Source: Bacillota bacterium (lineage in GTDB: Bacteria; Bacillota; Clostridia; Oscillospirales; Oscillospiraceae). From it: DNA of 62,367 nt. The translations under genes and the position numbers were made by a program. A model generated the notes under the pieces. It saw only the letters and a list, made by a program, of their open reading frames with translations. It had not been told where the DNA came from and did no database searches. The stretch lies in the NCBI GenBank assembly GCA_023406225.1, contig JAEXWS010000033.1:1-62367 (forward strand). Direction: 5' to 3'. Positions 27,049 through 36,955 of the stretch are shown here, one piece after another; within the stretch, counting starts at the first letter, position 1; the number at the start of each line of letters is the position of its first letter.

Positions 27049-28875
27049 TTAGGACTTTTTCCCGTGCAGGGCCTTCATCCGCTTTTCGTGGTCCAGAATG
27101 GACTTGCGCATCCGCAGGCTCTTGGGGGTGACCTCTAAAAGCTCGTCGTCCGCCAGGAACTCCAGGCACTGCTCCAGGCTCATCTGCTTGGGCGGCGTCA
27201 GGCGCAGCGCGTCGTCAGAGCCGGAGGCCCGGGTGTTGGTGAGCTGCTTTTTCTTGCACACGTTCACCGTCATGTCCTCGCTCCGGGGGTTCACGCCGAT
27301 GATCATGCCGCCGTAGACCGGCACGCCCGCGCCGATGAACAGCACGCCCCGCTCCTGGGCGTTGTACAGGCCGTAGGTGATGGACTCGCCGGTTTCGAAG
27401 GAGATCATGGAGCCGTTGCCCCGGCGGGAGATGTCGCCCTTATAGGGGGCGTAGGAATCAAAGACAGAGGCCATGATGCCCTCGCCCCGGGTATCCGTCA
27501 GGAAGTCGTTGCGGTAGCCGAACAGGCCCCGGGCGGGGACCAGGAACTCGATCTTCATCCGATCGCCCACGGGGGTCATCTCCAGCATGTCGGCCTTGCG
27601 CGCTCCCAGCTTTTCGATGACCGCGCCCACGCAGTCGCCGGGCACGTCCACCACCAGCCGCTCGATGGGCTCGCAGGTCTTGCCGTCGATCTCCTGGTAC
27701 AGCACGCGGGCGGGGGATACCTGGAACTCATAGCCCTCCCGGCGCATGGTCTCGATCAGGATGGAAAGGGACATCTCGCCCCGGCCCGCCACGTTAAAGG
27801 CGGTGTCGGTGCCCGTCTCCGTCACCCGCAGGGATACGTCCTTCAGCGTCTCCCGGAACAGCCGGTCCCGGAGCTGGCGGGAGGTGACGAACTTGCCCTC
27901 CCGGCCCGCGAAGGGGGAGTCGTTGACGGAGAAGGTCATCTCCAGGGTGGGGGCGCTGATCTGCACGAAGGGCAGGGCCTCCACGGCGGCGGGGTCGCAG
28001 ATCGTGTCGCCGATGGTGACGTCGCCGATGCCGCTCATGGCGATGATGTTGCCCGCGGAGGACTCGGGCACCGGCGTCCGGCTCAGGCCCTCGAACTCGT
28101 AGATGGCGGTGGCCTTGGCCTTGCGGAGCACGGCCTCGGGATCGTGGTAGTTGCACACCGCGATCTCCTGGTTCTGCTTCAAAACGCCCCGCTCGATGCG
28201 GCCGATGGCGATCCGGCCCACGAACTCGTTATAGTCGATGGAGCTCACCAGCATCTGGAAGGGGGCCTCCGTGTCCGCCTCGGGGGCGGGGATATACTCC
28301 ATGATCGTCTCGAACAGGGGGGTGAGGTCGTCGCCCGTCACATCGGGGGAGTAGGACGCGGTGCCCTGGCGGCCGGAGCAGAACAGCATGGGGGAATCCA
28401 ACTGCTCGGGCGTGGCGTCCAGGTCCATCAAAAGCTCCAAAACCTCGTCCACTACCTCGTGGATGCGCTGGTCGGGCCGGTCGATCTTGTTCACCACCAC
28501 GATGACCCGGTGGCCCAGCTCCAGGGCCTTGCTCAGCACGAAGCGGGTCTGGGGCATGGGGCCCTCGGCGGCGTCCACCAGCAGGATGACGCCGTTGACC
28601 ATCTTCAAAATGCGCTCCACCTCGCCGCCGAAGTCGGCGTGGCCCGGGGTGTCCACCACGTTGATCTTGGCATCCTTATAACGGACGGCGGTGTTCTTGG
28701 CCAGGATGGTGATGCCCCGCTCCCGCTCCAGATCGCCGGAGTCCATGACGCGCTCCACCGTCTCCTGATTCTCCCGGTACACGCCGCCCTGCTTGAGCAT
28801 CTCATCCACCAGGGTCGTCTTGCCATGGTCGACGTGGGCGATAATGGCGACATTTCTCAATTTCTCATTCTGCAT
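27049..28875 (-). CDS. typA: Translational GTPase TypA/BipA
   Basis: Motifs [35 protein letters not shown] and [13 protein letters not shown]. Confidence 0.97.
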   Translation of the reverse strand: MQNEKLRNVAIIAHVDHGKTTLVDEMLKQGGVYRENQETVERVMDSGDLERERGITILAKNTAVRYKDAKINVVDTPGHADFGGEVERILKMVNGVILLVDAAEGPMPQTRFVLSKALELGHRVIVVVNKIDRPDQRIHEVVDEVLELLMDLDATPEQLDSPMLFCSGRQGTASYSPDVTGDDLTPLFETIMEYIPAPEADTEAPFQMLVSSIDYNEFVGRIAIGRIERGVLKQNQEIAVCNYHDPEAVLRKAKATAIYEFEGLSRTPVPESSAGNIIAMSGIGDVTIGDTICDPAAVEALPFVQISAPTLEMTFSVNDSPFAGREGKFVTSRQLRDRLFRETLKDVSLRVTETGTDTAFNVAGRGEMSLSILIETMRREGYEFQVSPARVLYQEIDGKTCEPIERLVVDVPGDCVGAVIEKLGARKADMLEMTPVGDRMKIEFLVPARGLFGYRNDFLTDTRGEGIMASVFDSYAPYKGDISRRGNGSMISFETGESITYGLYNAQERGVLFIGAGVPVYGGMIIGVNPRSEDMTVNVCKKKQLTNTRASGSDDALRLTPPKQMSLEQCLEFLADDELLEVTPKSLRMRKSILDHEKRMKALHGKKS

Positions 28876-29111
28876 ACAACGATCTCCTTAACCTGCACGT
28901 CGGCGCGTACATGGGATTCATAAAATCTTTTTCACACGGCTCATAATTATATCCTGATTTTTCCCGTATTTCAATATAAAAATCTACAATTCTTGAAAAA
29001 AATCCAGGTTTCCCGGAGCGAAAAAGACGAATCCGGCGCTTCCTTCAAAGAAGTAATACCTTTTGACCAAAGAAAGTGTCCGGCTGCCGCGGATTTTCGT
29101 CTTTCCGCGCA

Positions 29112-29140
29112 TTGACCCTGGTTTTCCGCGCTTTTATAAT
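29112..29140 (+). promoter_or_regulatory. Sigma-A promoter of the serA-like gene
   Basis: TTGACC-17 bp-TATAAT. Confidence 0.65.
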
Positions 29141-29230
29141 GAGGGTGCTGCGACGGAAGCGGCGCCAGCGCCGCACGTTCCGCCGCAAGTAACGTGGTCC
29201 GCTGGGACCACCCCAGGAGGCAAATCCGCC

Positions 29231-30397
29231 ATGTACCGTATCAAGACACTCAACAAGATCTCCCCTGTGGGATTGAACCGTCTGGACCCGGATCTTTATT
29301 CCGTCTCTGAGGAGGAGACGGAGGAGGACGGCATCCTCGTCCGCTCCGCGAAGCTGCTGGACTATGAATTCCCCGCCAGCCTGCTGGCCATTTCCCGGGC
29401 GGGCGCGGGCGTGAATAATATCCCCGTCGACCGCTGCTCGGAAGCGGGCATCGCCGTGTTCTCCACCCCCGGCGCCAACGCCAACGCCGTGAAGGAGCTG
29501 GTGCTGTGCGCCATGCTGATGGGCTCCCGGGATGTGGACGGCTCCATCCAGTGGGTCCGGGACCAGGTGGCCGCGGGGGTGGACGTGTCTACCGTGGTGG
29601 AAAAGGGCAAGTCCGCCTTCATCGGGCCGGAGCTTTACCGCAAGACCCTGGGCGTCATCGGGCTGGGGGCCATCGGGTCTTTGGTTTCCAACATCGCCCT
29701 TTCCATGGGCATGGACGTGTACGGCTACGACCCGTTTTTATCCGTGGACAACGCCCTGCGGCTGGACCGCCACATCCATGTGGTGAAGGACGTGGGCGAG
29801 CTTTATAAGCGGGCGGATTACATCACCATCCACATCCACTATACGGAAAAGACCAGGGACATGATCGACGAAAAGGCCATCGCCAATATGAAGCGCGGCG
29901 TCCGGTTCATCAACCTGGCCCGGGGCGAGATCGTGAACGACGACGCCATGCTGGCGGCGCTGGACACCGGCTGGGTGGCCGCCTATATCACCGACTTCCC
30001 CAATAACCGCCTGGTCCAGGCCCCTCATGTCATCGCCATGCCCCATCTGGGGGCCTCCACGCCGGAGAGCGAGCAGAACTGCGCCGTCATGGCGGTGGAG
30101 GAGCTGAGGGACTATCTGGAAAACGGGAATATCCGCAATTCCGTGAACCTGCCCGCCGTCAGCCAGGAGCGCAGCGGCGTGTGCCGGATGTGCATTCTGC
30201 ATAAAAATGTGCCCGCGATGTTGGCGAATATCACGGCGCTGCTGTCCCGGGACAGTGTGAACGTGGAGAATATGAGCAACAAATCCAAGGGCGATTACGC
30301 CTATACCCTGGTGGACCTGAGCGCCCGGGTGGACAAGCGGGTGGTGGAGGACGTGAAAAAGCTGCCCAATGTGATCCGGGTCCGGGTGATCGAATGA
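29231..30397 (+). CDS. serA: D-3-phosphoglycerate dehydrogenase-like protein with C-terminal ACT domain
   Basis: Motifs ILVRS, RAGAGVNNI, GVIGLGAIG, PHLGAST.ESE.NCA, and ACT (HKNVPAML...NKSKGDYAY). Confidence 0.82.
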   Translation: MYRIKTLNKISPVGLNRLDPDLYSVSEEETEEDGILVRSAKLLDYEFPASLLAISRAGAGVNNIPVDRCSEAGIAVFSTPGANANAVKELVLCAMLMGSRDVDGSIQWVRDQVAAGVDVSTVVEKGKSAFIGPELYRKTLGVIGLGAIGSLVSNIALSMGMDVYGYDPFLSVDNALRLDRHIHVVKDVGELYKRADYITIHIHYTEKTRDMIDEKAIANMKRGVRFINLARGEIVNDDAMLAALDTGWVAAYITDFPNNRLVQAPHVIAMPHLGASTPESEQNCAVMAVEELRDYLENGNIRNSVNLPAVSQERSGVCRMCILHKNVPAMLANITALLSRDSVNVENMSNKSKGDYAYTLVDLSARVDKRVVEDVKKLPNVIRVRVIE

Positions 30398-30401
30398 ACG
30401 G

Positions 30402-30436
30402 AACAGGGCCGCCGCTGGTGCGGCGGCCCTGTTTTT
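30402..30436 (+). terminator. Rho-independent terminator after the serA-like gene
   Basis: AACAGGGCCGCCGC-TGGT-GCGGCGGCCCTGTT followed by TTT. Confidence 0.75.
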
Positions 30437-30439
30437 GCA

Positions 30440-30468
30440 TTGACAGCGGCGGCGAAAACGGGTAGAAT
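30440..30468 (+). promoter_or_regulatory. Sigma-A promoter of tRNA-Arg
   Basis: TTGACA-17 bp-TAGAAT. Confidence 0.75.
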
Positions 30469-30505
30469 AACACATGCGGCCTGAAAAAGGCCCTGGAACT
30501 CATAT

Positions 30506-30582
30506 GCGTCAGTAGCTCAGCTGGATAGAGCACCGCCCTCCTAAGGCGGGGGTCATGGGTTCAAATCCCTTCTGGCGTGCCA
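30506..30582 (+). tRNA. tRNA-Arg (anticodon CCT)
   Basis: Acceptor GCGTCAG/CTGGCGT, D arm AGCTCAGCTGGATAGAGC, anticodon arm CCGCC-CT-CCT-AA-GGCGG, T loop GGTTCAAATCC and encoded CCA. 77 nt. Confidence 0.95.
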
Positions 30583-31033
30583 GCTCAGAAATACCCTGTT
30601 TGACACGGGTCCCCGCCTGCGGCGAGGCCCCTTAGTCGGACAGGGTATTTCTTCGCTTTCGGGGCAAATCCGCTTCGCTGGGTTTTGTCCCGAGGAGGAC
30701 GGGGGATACGGATATTGCTTTTACCTTGTGGAGGCAGCTCGGAAACGATTCGGTTTGACACGGGTCCCCGCCTGCGGCGAGACCCCTTAGCCCGACAGAG
30801 TATTTCTTCGCTTTCGGGGCAAATCCGCTCCGCTGGGTTTTGTCCCGAGGAGGACGGGGGGATACGGATATTGCTTTTACCTTGTGGAGACGGCTCGGAA
30901 ACGATTCGGTTTGACACGGGTCCCCGCCTGCGGCGAGGGCCCTTAGCCGAACAGGGTATTTCCTCGCTTTCGGGGCAAATCCGCTGCGCTGGGTTTTGTC
31001 CCGAGGAGGACGGGGATGCGGACATCGCTTTTT
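30583..31033. repeat. Three tandem ~155-bp structured repeats directly after the tRNA
   Basis: Units start at 30583, 30737 and 30893 and share TTTGACACGGGTCCCCGCCTGCGGCGAG and CTTTCGGGGCAAATCCGCT..GCTGGGTTTTGTCCCGAGGAGGACGGGG. Confidence 0.9.
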
Positions 31034-31187
31034 GACAGGACGATAAAACGCGCGGGGATCGCGCTGCGGCGGCGCGGAGACAGGCGCGGCGCCCGCGGGT
31101 ATAATAAAATAGTGCCATAGATCAATTCAGGCGGCCCTGCATCAAAGCAGGGCCGCCTTTTTGACCGCTTAGCCGGATTTGCCGGAA

Positions 31188-34004
31188 TCACCGGGAATCG
31201 CCGCCATGGAGCAGATCGTGCAGCAGGCGGTAGAGGTAGTTCACATCCAGGGGCTTGGGAATGAAGCCGTTCATCCCGGCGGCGGCCGCCGCGTCCACAT
31301 CCTCCTTGAAGGTGTTGGCGGTCATGGCCACGATGGGGACGGCCGCCGCGTCCGGGCGCTCCAAAGCCCGGATGGCGCGGGCGGCCTCCAGGCCGTTCAG
31401 CTCCGGCATCTGGATGTCCATCAAGATCACATGGAATTCACCCGGGCGGCTTGCGGCAAAGCGATCCAGCGCTTGGCGCCCGTCCGCGCACCGGCAGACC
31501 TTTGCGCCCTGGATCTCCAAAAGCTGGACCGCGATCTCGGCGTTCAGGTCGTTGTCCTCCGCCAGGAGGACATGGGCGCCGCACAGCAGTTCTCCCTCCG
31601 CCTGCCCGTCCCGGCTGCTCAAAAGCCCGCCGTCCTGGCTGCTCAGCGGCAGGGAGACGGTGAAGAAGAATTCGCTCCCCCGGCCAAGCTCGCTCCTGAC
31701 CTTCAGCTCGCCGCCCATCTTCTGGACGATGCTGCGGCTGATGGCAAGGCCCAGCCCGGTCCCCTGGCTCTTGGCGTAACTGGCCCCCACCTGCTCGAAG
31801 CTCTCGAAAATGCGTTCCTGGTCCTCCGGCGGGATGCCCGCCCCGGTGTCCCGCACCCGGAAGGTGAAGGCGGTCTCTGCGCCGGTCCCGGCCTCCTCCG
31901 TTACAGTGAGCCTGACCGCGCCTCCCTCCGGGGTGAATTTAAAGGCGTTGGAGAGCAGGTTGGCGAGCACCTGCCGCAGGCGGATGACGTCGCCCGTGAG
32001 GCTCTCGTGCGTGAGGTCCTTTTCCAGCGTGTACCGGATGCCCCGCCGCTGGGCCTCGGGCTCCATCATGGCCTGGACCTCCTCCAGCATCCGCTCCAGG
32101 GAGAAGGGCTCGCTGTCCAGGACCAGCTTTCCGCTGTCGATGCGGCTCATGTCCAGGATGTCGTTGATGAGGTCCAGCATGTAGTGGGAGGAGACGCGCA
32201 GCTTTCCCAGGTTTTCCCGCACGCCGGCCGGAACGCCCTCCATCATGCCGATGAGGTCCGTGAGGCCCACCACGGCGTTCATGGGGGTGCGCAGCTCGTG
32301 GCTCATGCGGGAGAGGAACTCTCCCTTGGCGCGGCTCGCCGCCTCGGCCTTCTCCAGATCGCTCTGCATGACGGCGGCCCGCATCCGGGCGCGGGAGATC
32401 CCCAGCACCGCAGCCACCAGGACCAGCAAAAACAGAGACAGCACGGCGATGAAGGTCAGGGGATTGGCATAGATGAACTCCAGCGTTGAGAGCCGGCTGG
32501 TGCCGATGGAGACCATGTTCCGGTCCAGGATGGTGGAGCGATCCCTGGCGGAGAGGCTGTTGACGGCCTTGTTGAGGATGGTCAGCAGGTCGGAGCCGGC
32601 GGGCCGCCGCATTGCGAAGCTGATGTCACTGCGGTCGTTGACCAGGGTCACGGGCACCAGGTTGGAGAAGTGGTAGCGCTGGATATCCCACTCCATCCGG
32701 CTGGCCAGACCGTAGGTGAAATCCGCCTCGCCCCTGTTCACCGCCATGAGGGCGTCGGTGACGGTGGGGTAGGACCGCACCACGGCCGCCGTGATCTCCG
32801 CGGGCAGCGACTGCCCCGCAACGACGGCGCAGGTCAGGCCCTCGTCCGGATAGGAGGCCGCCTTGTTGCGCACCACGATGTTATTCAGCTCCGCGTAGGG
32901 GGAGGTGAGGGCCAGTCCCTGCCGGACCGACGACTCCTCGTCCCCCAGGTAGAAGCAAAGCAGCTCCGCCTCGCCCTCCCGGACCATGCGGACCGCTTCG
33001 CCATAGCTGTCCGCGGTGACATAGGTAAAGGAGAGGCCCGTGAATTCAGACACCTCGTCCAGAACGTCCGGTACGATCCCGTTATGGAGATTTCCCGCTG
33101 AATTGAGGCAGAACAGGGGGTGGTAGCTCTTGGGCACCACCACGGTCACGGCGCTCCGGTCCTGAACATATCTCCGCTCCGCATCGCTGAGCCGGATATC
33201 GATGGCGCTCTGGTCCTGAAAGTGCGCCGCGTACCGCTCCGCGCTGAAGTTCGGGTTGGAGTCCGCGATCTTCTCCAGAGCCATGTTCAGCCCGTCCAGG
33301 ACCTCCTTGTCGCCCACGCTGGCCACGATGTAGTAGGGCTGTGAGTCGAAGGAGGCGACAATGCGGAAGTCGGCCGGATTTTCAAATCCATTCCCCAGCA
33401 GCAGGTCCACTTCGCCCTTTTGCAGATAGGGATAGAGCGTCCCATCCCTTGTGAGCTGCTCATAGGAATAGGGGCGGATCTCGCAGTCCAGATCGTGCAT
33501 GGACAAAAATTCCCGCAGCCGCCGGATGTTTTCCTCCGCCCGCTCATAGACGCCGATGGTCTTGCCGTTCAGGCACCGGAGATCGTAGCTGTTGATGCGC
33601 TCGTCGTCCAGCCGGGCCATGAGGATCGATTTGCTATATCCGATGTTGTAATCCGGGTAGGCGAAGTACGCCTCAAAACCGGGGGAGTAGTAGGTGCCTC
33701 CCATCAAATCGTACTTTCCGTCCAGAAAGTCCCCGATCATGTAGTCGCTGGAGGTATCGATGTACTCGTATTCCCATCCGGTGTATTTGGCGATCTCGCC
33801 CAGATAGTCCACCACCAGGCCGTGGCGGGTGCCGTCCGCCGCCGTCTCGGTGAGCCCCGCCACCTCGGAGAAAGGGACCCGGAGCACGCGGGGCTTCTGC
33901 TCCGCCGCCAGCGCGCCGGTACACAGCGCCGCGGCCAGAAGCGCCGTCAGCAGCGCGGCGGTCCCCCGTTTGATCCGGTTTTTCAGATGCGTTCCCTTTG
34001 TCAT
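31188..34004 (-). CDS. Hybrid sensor histidine kinase (two PBPb-like domains, HisKA, HATPase, REC)
   Basis: Signal peptide, FLSRMSHELRTPMN, NLLSNAFKFT, DTGAGI, GTGLGL and ILMDIQMP. Confidence 0.92.
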   Translation of the reverse strand: MTKGTHLKNRIKRGTAALLTALLAAALCTGALAAEQKPRVLRVPFSEVAGLTETAADGTRHGLVVDYLGEIAKYTGWEYEYIDTSSDYMIGDFLDGKYDLMGGTYYSPGFEAYFAYPDYNIGYSKSILMARLDDERINSYDLRCLNGKTIGVYERAEENIRRLREFLSMHDLDCEIRPYSYEQLTRDGTLYPYLQKGEVDLLLGNGFENPADFRIVASFDSQPYYIVASVGDKEVLDGLNMALEKIADSNPNFSAERYAAHFQDQSAIDIRLSDAERRYVQDRSAVTVVVPKSYHPLFCLNSAGNLHNGIVPDVLDEVSEFTGLSFTYVTADSYGEAVRMVREGEAELLCFYLGDEESSVRQGLALTSPYAELNNIVVRNKAASYPDEGLTCAVVAGQSLPAEITAAVVRSYPTVTDALMAVNRGEADFTYGLASRMEWDIQRYHFSNLVPVTLVNDRSDISFAMRRPAGSDLLTILNKAVNSLSARDRSTILDRNMVSIGTSRLSTLEFIYANPLTFIAVLSLFLLVLVAAVLGISRARMRAAVMQSDLEKAEAASRAKGEFLSRMSHELRTPMNAVVGLTDLIGMMEGVPAGVRENLGKLRVSSHYMLDLINDILDMSRIDSGKLVLDSEPFSLERMLEEVQAMMEPEAQRRGIRYTLEKDLTHESLTGDVIRLRQVLANLLSNAFKFTPEGGAVRLTVTEEAGTGAETAFTFRVRDTGAGIPPEDQERIFESFEQVGASYAKSQGTGLGLAISRSIVQKMGGELKVRSELGRGSEFFFTVSLPLSSQDGGLLSSRDGQAEGELLCGAHVLLAEDNDLNAEIAVQLLEIQGAKVCRCADGRQALDRFAASRPGEFHVILMDIQMPELNGLEAARAIRALERPDAAAVPIVAMTANTFKEDVDAAAAAGMNGFIPKPLDVNYLYRLLHDLLHGGDSR

Positions 34005-34037
34005 ATGGACTCCTTTATGCGGCCCGGGGGCGTATGT

Positions 34038-36674
34038 TCATTCGCGGCTGCCCTTGCGGATGCAGTCCAACAGTGTTTTGCAGAGCTGCGCCACATCCAG
34101 CGGCTTGCTGACATGGGCGTTCATCCCGGCGGCCAGCGCGGCGGAAATGTCGTCGCTGAACGCGTTGGCCGTCGTGGCGACGATGGGGACGGTCCGCGCC
34201 AGCGGGTGGCTGGAGGCCCGGATGCGCGTCGCGGCCTCGTGCCCGTCCATCACAGGCATCTGCACGTCCATCAAAATGGCGTCGTAATCGCCGGGCCGGG
34301 AGGCCAGGAACGCGTCCAGGGCCTGCCGGCCGTCCTCCACGCAGTCCACCACGGCCCCGTTCATGCGCAGAAGCGTCGCCGCGATCTCCTGATTGAGGGC
34401 GTTATCCTCCGCCACCAGCAGGCGCAGGCCCTCCAGCGGCTTCCCGGCGGGCTTTTCCTCCCCCGCGCCGGACGGCTGCCCCCTGTGCTCCAGCGCGGCC
34501 TTGACGGCGGCATAGACGGAGGAGCGGTAGAGGGGCTTGGGGAGAAAACCGTTGACGCCCGCCGCCCGGGCCTCCTCCTCCACCTCGGAGACGTCGTAGG
34601 CCGAGATCATCACGATGGGCACGTCGTTTCCCACCTCCCGGCGGATGCGGCGGGTCACCTCCACGCCGTCCATATCCGGCATCTTCCAGTCGACGAGGCA
34701 CAGGTCGATGTCCCGTCCCTCCCGGTGGGTCTCCTTCACCCGCGCCACGGCCTCGGCGCCGGACGAGCGCCACTCCGCGGCAATCTTGATCTTCTCAAGC
34801 AGCGCGGCCGTCTGCTCGCAGACCTGCCGCTCGTCGTCCACGATGAGGGCCCGCAGCCCCTGCTGCGCGAAGTCGGGTTCCGGCAGACGGCTCTCCCCGT
34901 CCTTTTCAAAGGGCAGGTCCACGATGCAGGTGGTCCCCGCGCCGGGTTCGCTCTCGATCTGGATCTGGCCGCCCATCAGTGTGACCAGGTTTTTCGTGAT
35001 GGACATGCCCAGGCCCGTGCCGCCAAAGCGCTTCGAGATGGAGGCGTCCGCCTGCTCAAAGGGCTGGAAGATGTGCGCCACGGCCTCCTGCGTCATGCCG
35101 ATCCCGGTGTCGGAGAGGATGAAGCGGAGAACGTCGGTGGTCTTTCCGATCTTGTGCCGGGAGACCTCCAGGCGGATGCGTCCGCCCGGGGCGGTGAACT
35201 TCACCGCGTTGGAGCTGAGGTTTAGAAGGATCTGGTTGAGACGCAGGGAATCGCCGACAAAAACGGTGTCCTCCCCAAAGCCCTCCATGGCCTCCGTGAA
35301 TTCGATGCCCTTTCCCTTCGCCTGTGCGTAAACGGTGGAGACGTACCCGTTGACGATCTCAAAAATATCGAATGGCTCGTTCATCAACACCATCTTGCTG
35401 CTTTCGATCTTGGACATGTCCAGCACGTCGTTGATGAGCATCAGCAGGTGCTTGGAGGAGAAGGTGATCTTTGTGAGGCAGTCCTCCACCCGGGCGGGGT
35501 CCTTGACGGAAGCCGCCGCGATGGCGGTCATGCCGATGATGGCGTTGAGGGGCGTGCGGATCTCATGGCTCATGCGGGAGAGGAAGTCGCTCTTGGCCAT
35601 GTTGGCGCGCTCCGCGGTCAGCATGGCGTCCTGGAGGACCTGACGGGCCCGGACTTCCTCGGTGCGGTCGGAAAAGACGGTGATGAACTGGGGCGTTTGC
35701 GTGTCCTCCACCCGGTAGACCCGGATCTGCATCCAGCACTTTTCCCTGTTGGGCTTGGTGTATTCCACCAGCTTTTCAAAGGGGGAGACGAACCGGGGAT
35801 CGCTGACGCCCTTCCGAAACGCCTCCGCGTCCTCCTCGCTCAGGCCCTGGTAGAGGCTGTTCACGTCCGCCATCTGGTTCCCAACGATCCGTTCCAGGTT
35901 GAGTCCCCGGTAGTTGATGACGCCGGTGGCCGCGTCCCGGATAATAAACGCGTCGTCGATGCTCAGCGAGAGGCTGTCGAAGAGCTTGCTGCGGTAGATC
36001 AGTTCTTTCCGCTGGCGGTGGAGGACGATTTGGGAGACCACCAGCACGGCCATCATCAATCCCATGAGCACGATGGAAGCGACCAGATTGGTGCGCCGCA
36101 GCGCCTCCGCCGTCTCTCCGTAGCCCACCTTTTTCGCCTGGGCGGTGTTGATCATTTCTTCCGTCTGATGGAGCGCCTTGTCATAGAGCGGCTGAAGATG
36201 CTCCTGGGCATAGTCCTCGATCTGCTCCGCCGTGGTATCCAGCCGGACGCAGAAGTTCAGGTAATCCGCCTGCTCCGTCCGCAGCAGCGCCAGCGTATCC
36301 TTCAGCCCCTGTACGTCTGCCGCGTCACCCAGATACAGCTCCTCGATCCGGGCCACCGGGGTATCCAGGGCGCGGTCCAGCTCCTCCAGATTGGCCCGGG
36401 CATAATCCACGTCGTCGACGCTGAAGTGGCGGACCAGCCGCCCGGTCCGCAGGCTCATCTCAGAGACATAGAGCTTCACGTCCCCGGCGGAGATCACCAC
36501 CTCGAAGGGGTGGTTTGAGATGATCTCCGTCTGCTCCGCCAGACTGGCCGAGTTGCTGACGGTCATGACCAGGTAAAAGAGCATCAGCGCAATGAGGACC
36601 GCCGTGCTGATGAGGCTCAGCCGCCGGCTCAGGAGCATGGAGGTTTCTTTTTTTCCCGCAGAGTTCCGCATCAC
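34038..36674 (-). CDS. Hybrid sensor histidine kinase with two REC domains
   Basis: Two TM segments, MSHEIRTPLN, GGTGLGM, LVDWKMPDMDG and LMDVQMP. Start uncertain (36638 is possible). Confidence 0.9.
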   Translation of the reverse strand: MMRNSAGKKETSMLLSRRLSLISTAVLIALMLFYLVMTVSNSASLAEQTEIISNHPFEVVISAGDVKLYVSEMSLRTGRLVRHFSVDDVDYARANLEELDRALDTPVARIEELYLGDAADVQGLKDTLALLRTEQADYLNFCVRLDTTAEQIEDYAQEHLQPLYDKALHQTEEMINTAQAKKVGYGETAEALRRTNLVASIVLMGLMMAVLVVSQIVLHRQRKELIYRSKLFDSLSLSIDDAFIIRDAATGVINYRGLNLERIVGNQMADVNSLYQGLSEEDAEAFRKGVSDPRFVSPFEKLVEYTKPNREKCWMQIRVYRVEDTQTPQFITVFSDRTEEVRARQVLQDAMLTAERANMAKSDFLSRMSHEIRTPLNAIIGMTAIAAASVKDPARVEDCLTKITFSSKHLLMLINDVLDMSKIESSKMVLMNEPFDIFEIVNGYVSTVYAQAKGKGIEFTEAMEGFGEDTVFVGDSLRLNQILLNLSSNAVKFTAPGGRIRLEVSRHKIGKTTDVLRFILSDTGIGMTQEAVAHIFQPFEQADASISKRFGGTGLGMSITKNLVTLMGGQIQIESEPGAGTTCIVDLPFEKDGESRLPEPDFAQQGLRALIVDDERQVCEQTAALLEKIKIAAEWRSSGAEAVARVKETHREGRDIDLCLVDWKMPDMDGVEVTRRIRREVGNDVPIVMISAYDVSEVEEEARAAGVNGFLPKPLYRSSVYAAVKAALEHRGQPSGAGEEKPAGKPLEGLRLLVAEDNALNQEIAATLLRMNGAVVDCVEDGRQALDAFLASRPGDYDAILMDVQMPVMDGHEAATRIRASSHPLARTVPIVATTANAFSDDISAALAAGMNAHVSKPLDVAQLCKTLLDCIRKGSRE

Positions 36675-36955
36675 GTTTTATTCCTCATTTTCCGGTTGGC
36701 GCCCGCCTGATTTGAACATCCGACGCCAAACTGAATTTTCATTTGCCGCCGGGCCCCGCGGCTGTTCCCGCGTTCATCTCGGAGCTTTTGCCGGCAGGAA
36801 TTGTTCACATACATACTTATGTCAAAAGTATAGCAAATAGAAACAGAAATAGCAACTGTCTGTCGAAGAGAAAAAGCCTGTGGAAAACAGGCCCCAAAAA
36901 TGTTATATTTATGTTATCGAAAGCCGAATTTCCGGGAAAGACGGAGGAACCTGCT

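Noticed and set aside
29141..29230. Riboswitch or T-box in the serA-like leader
   Set aside because: Small hairpins are present, but no aptamer or T-box consensus that I can identify.
30583..31033. CRISPR array
   Set aside because: The units are about 155 bp and similar along their full length, with no unique spacers, and there are no cas genes in the window.
30585..31118. ORFs of 177 aa and 116 aa over the repeats
   Set aside because: They are translations of the repeat units with no RBS or protein-like features.
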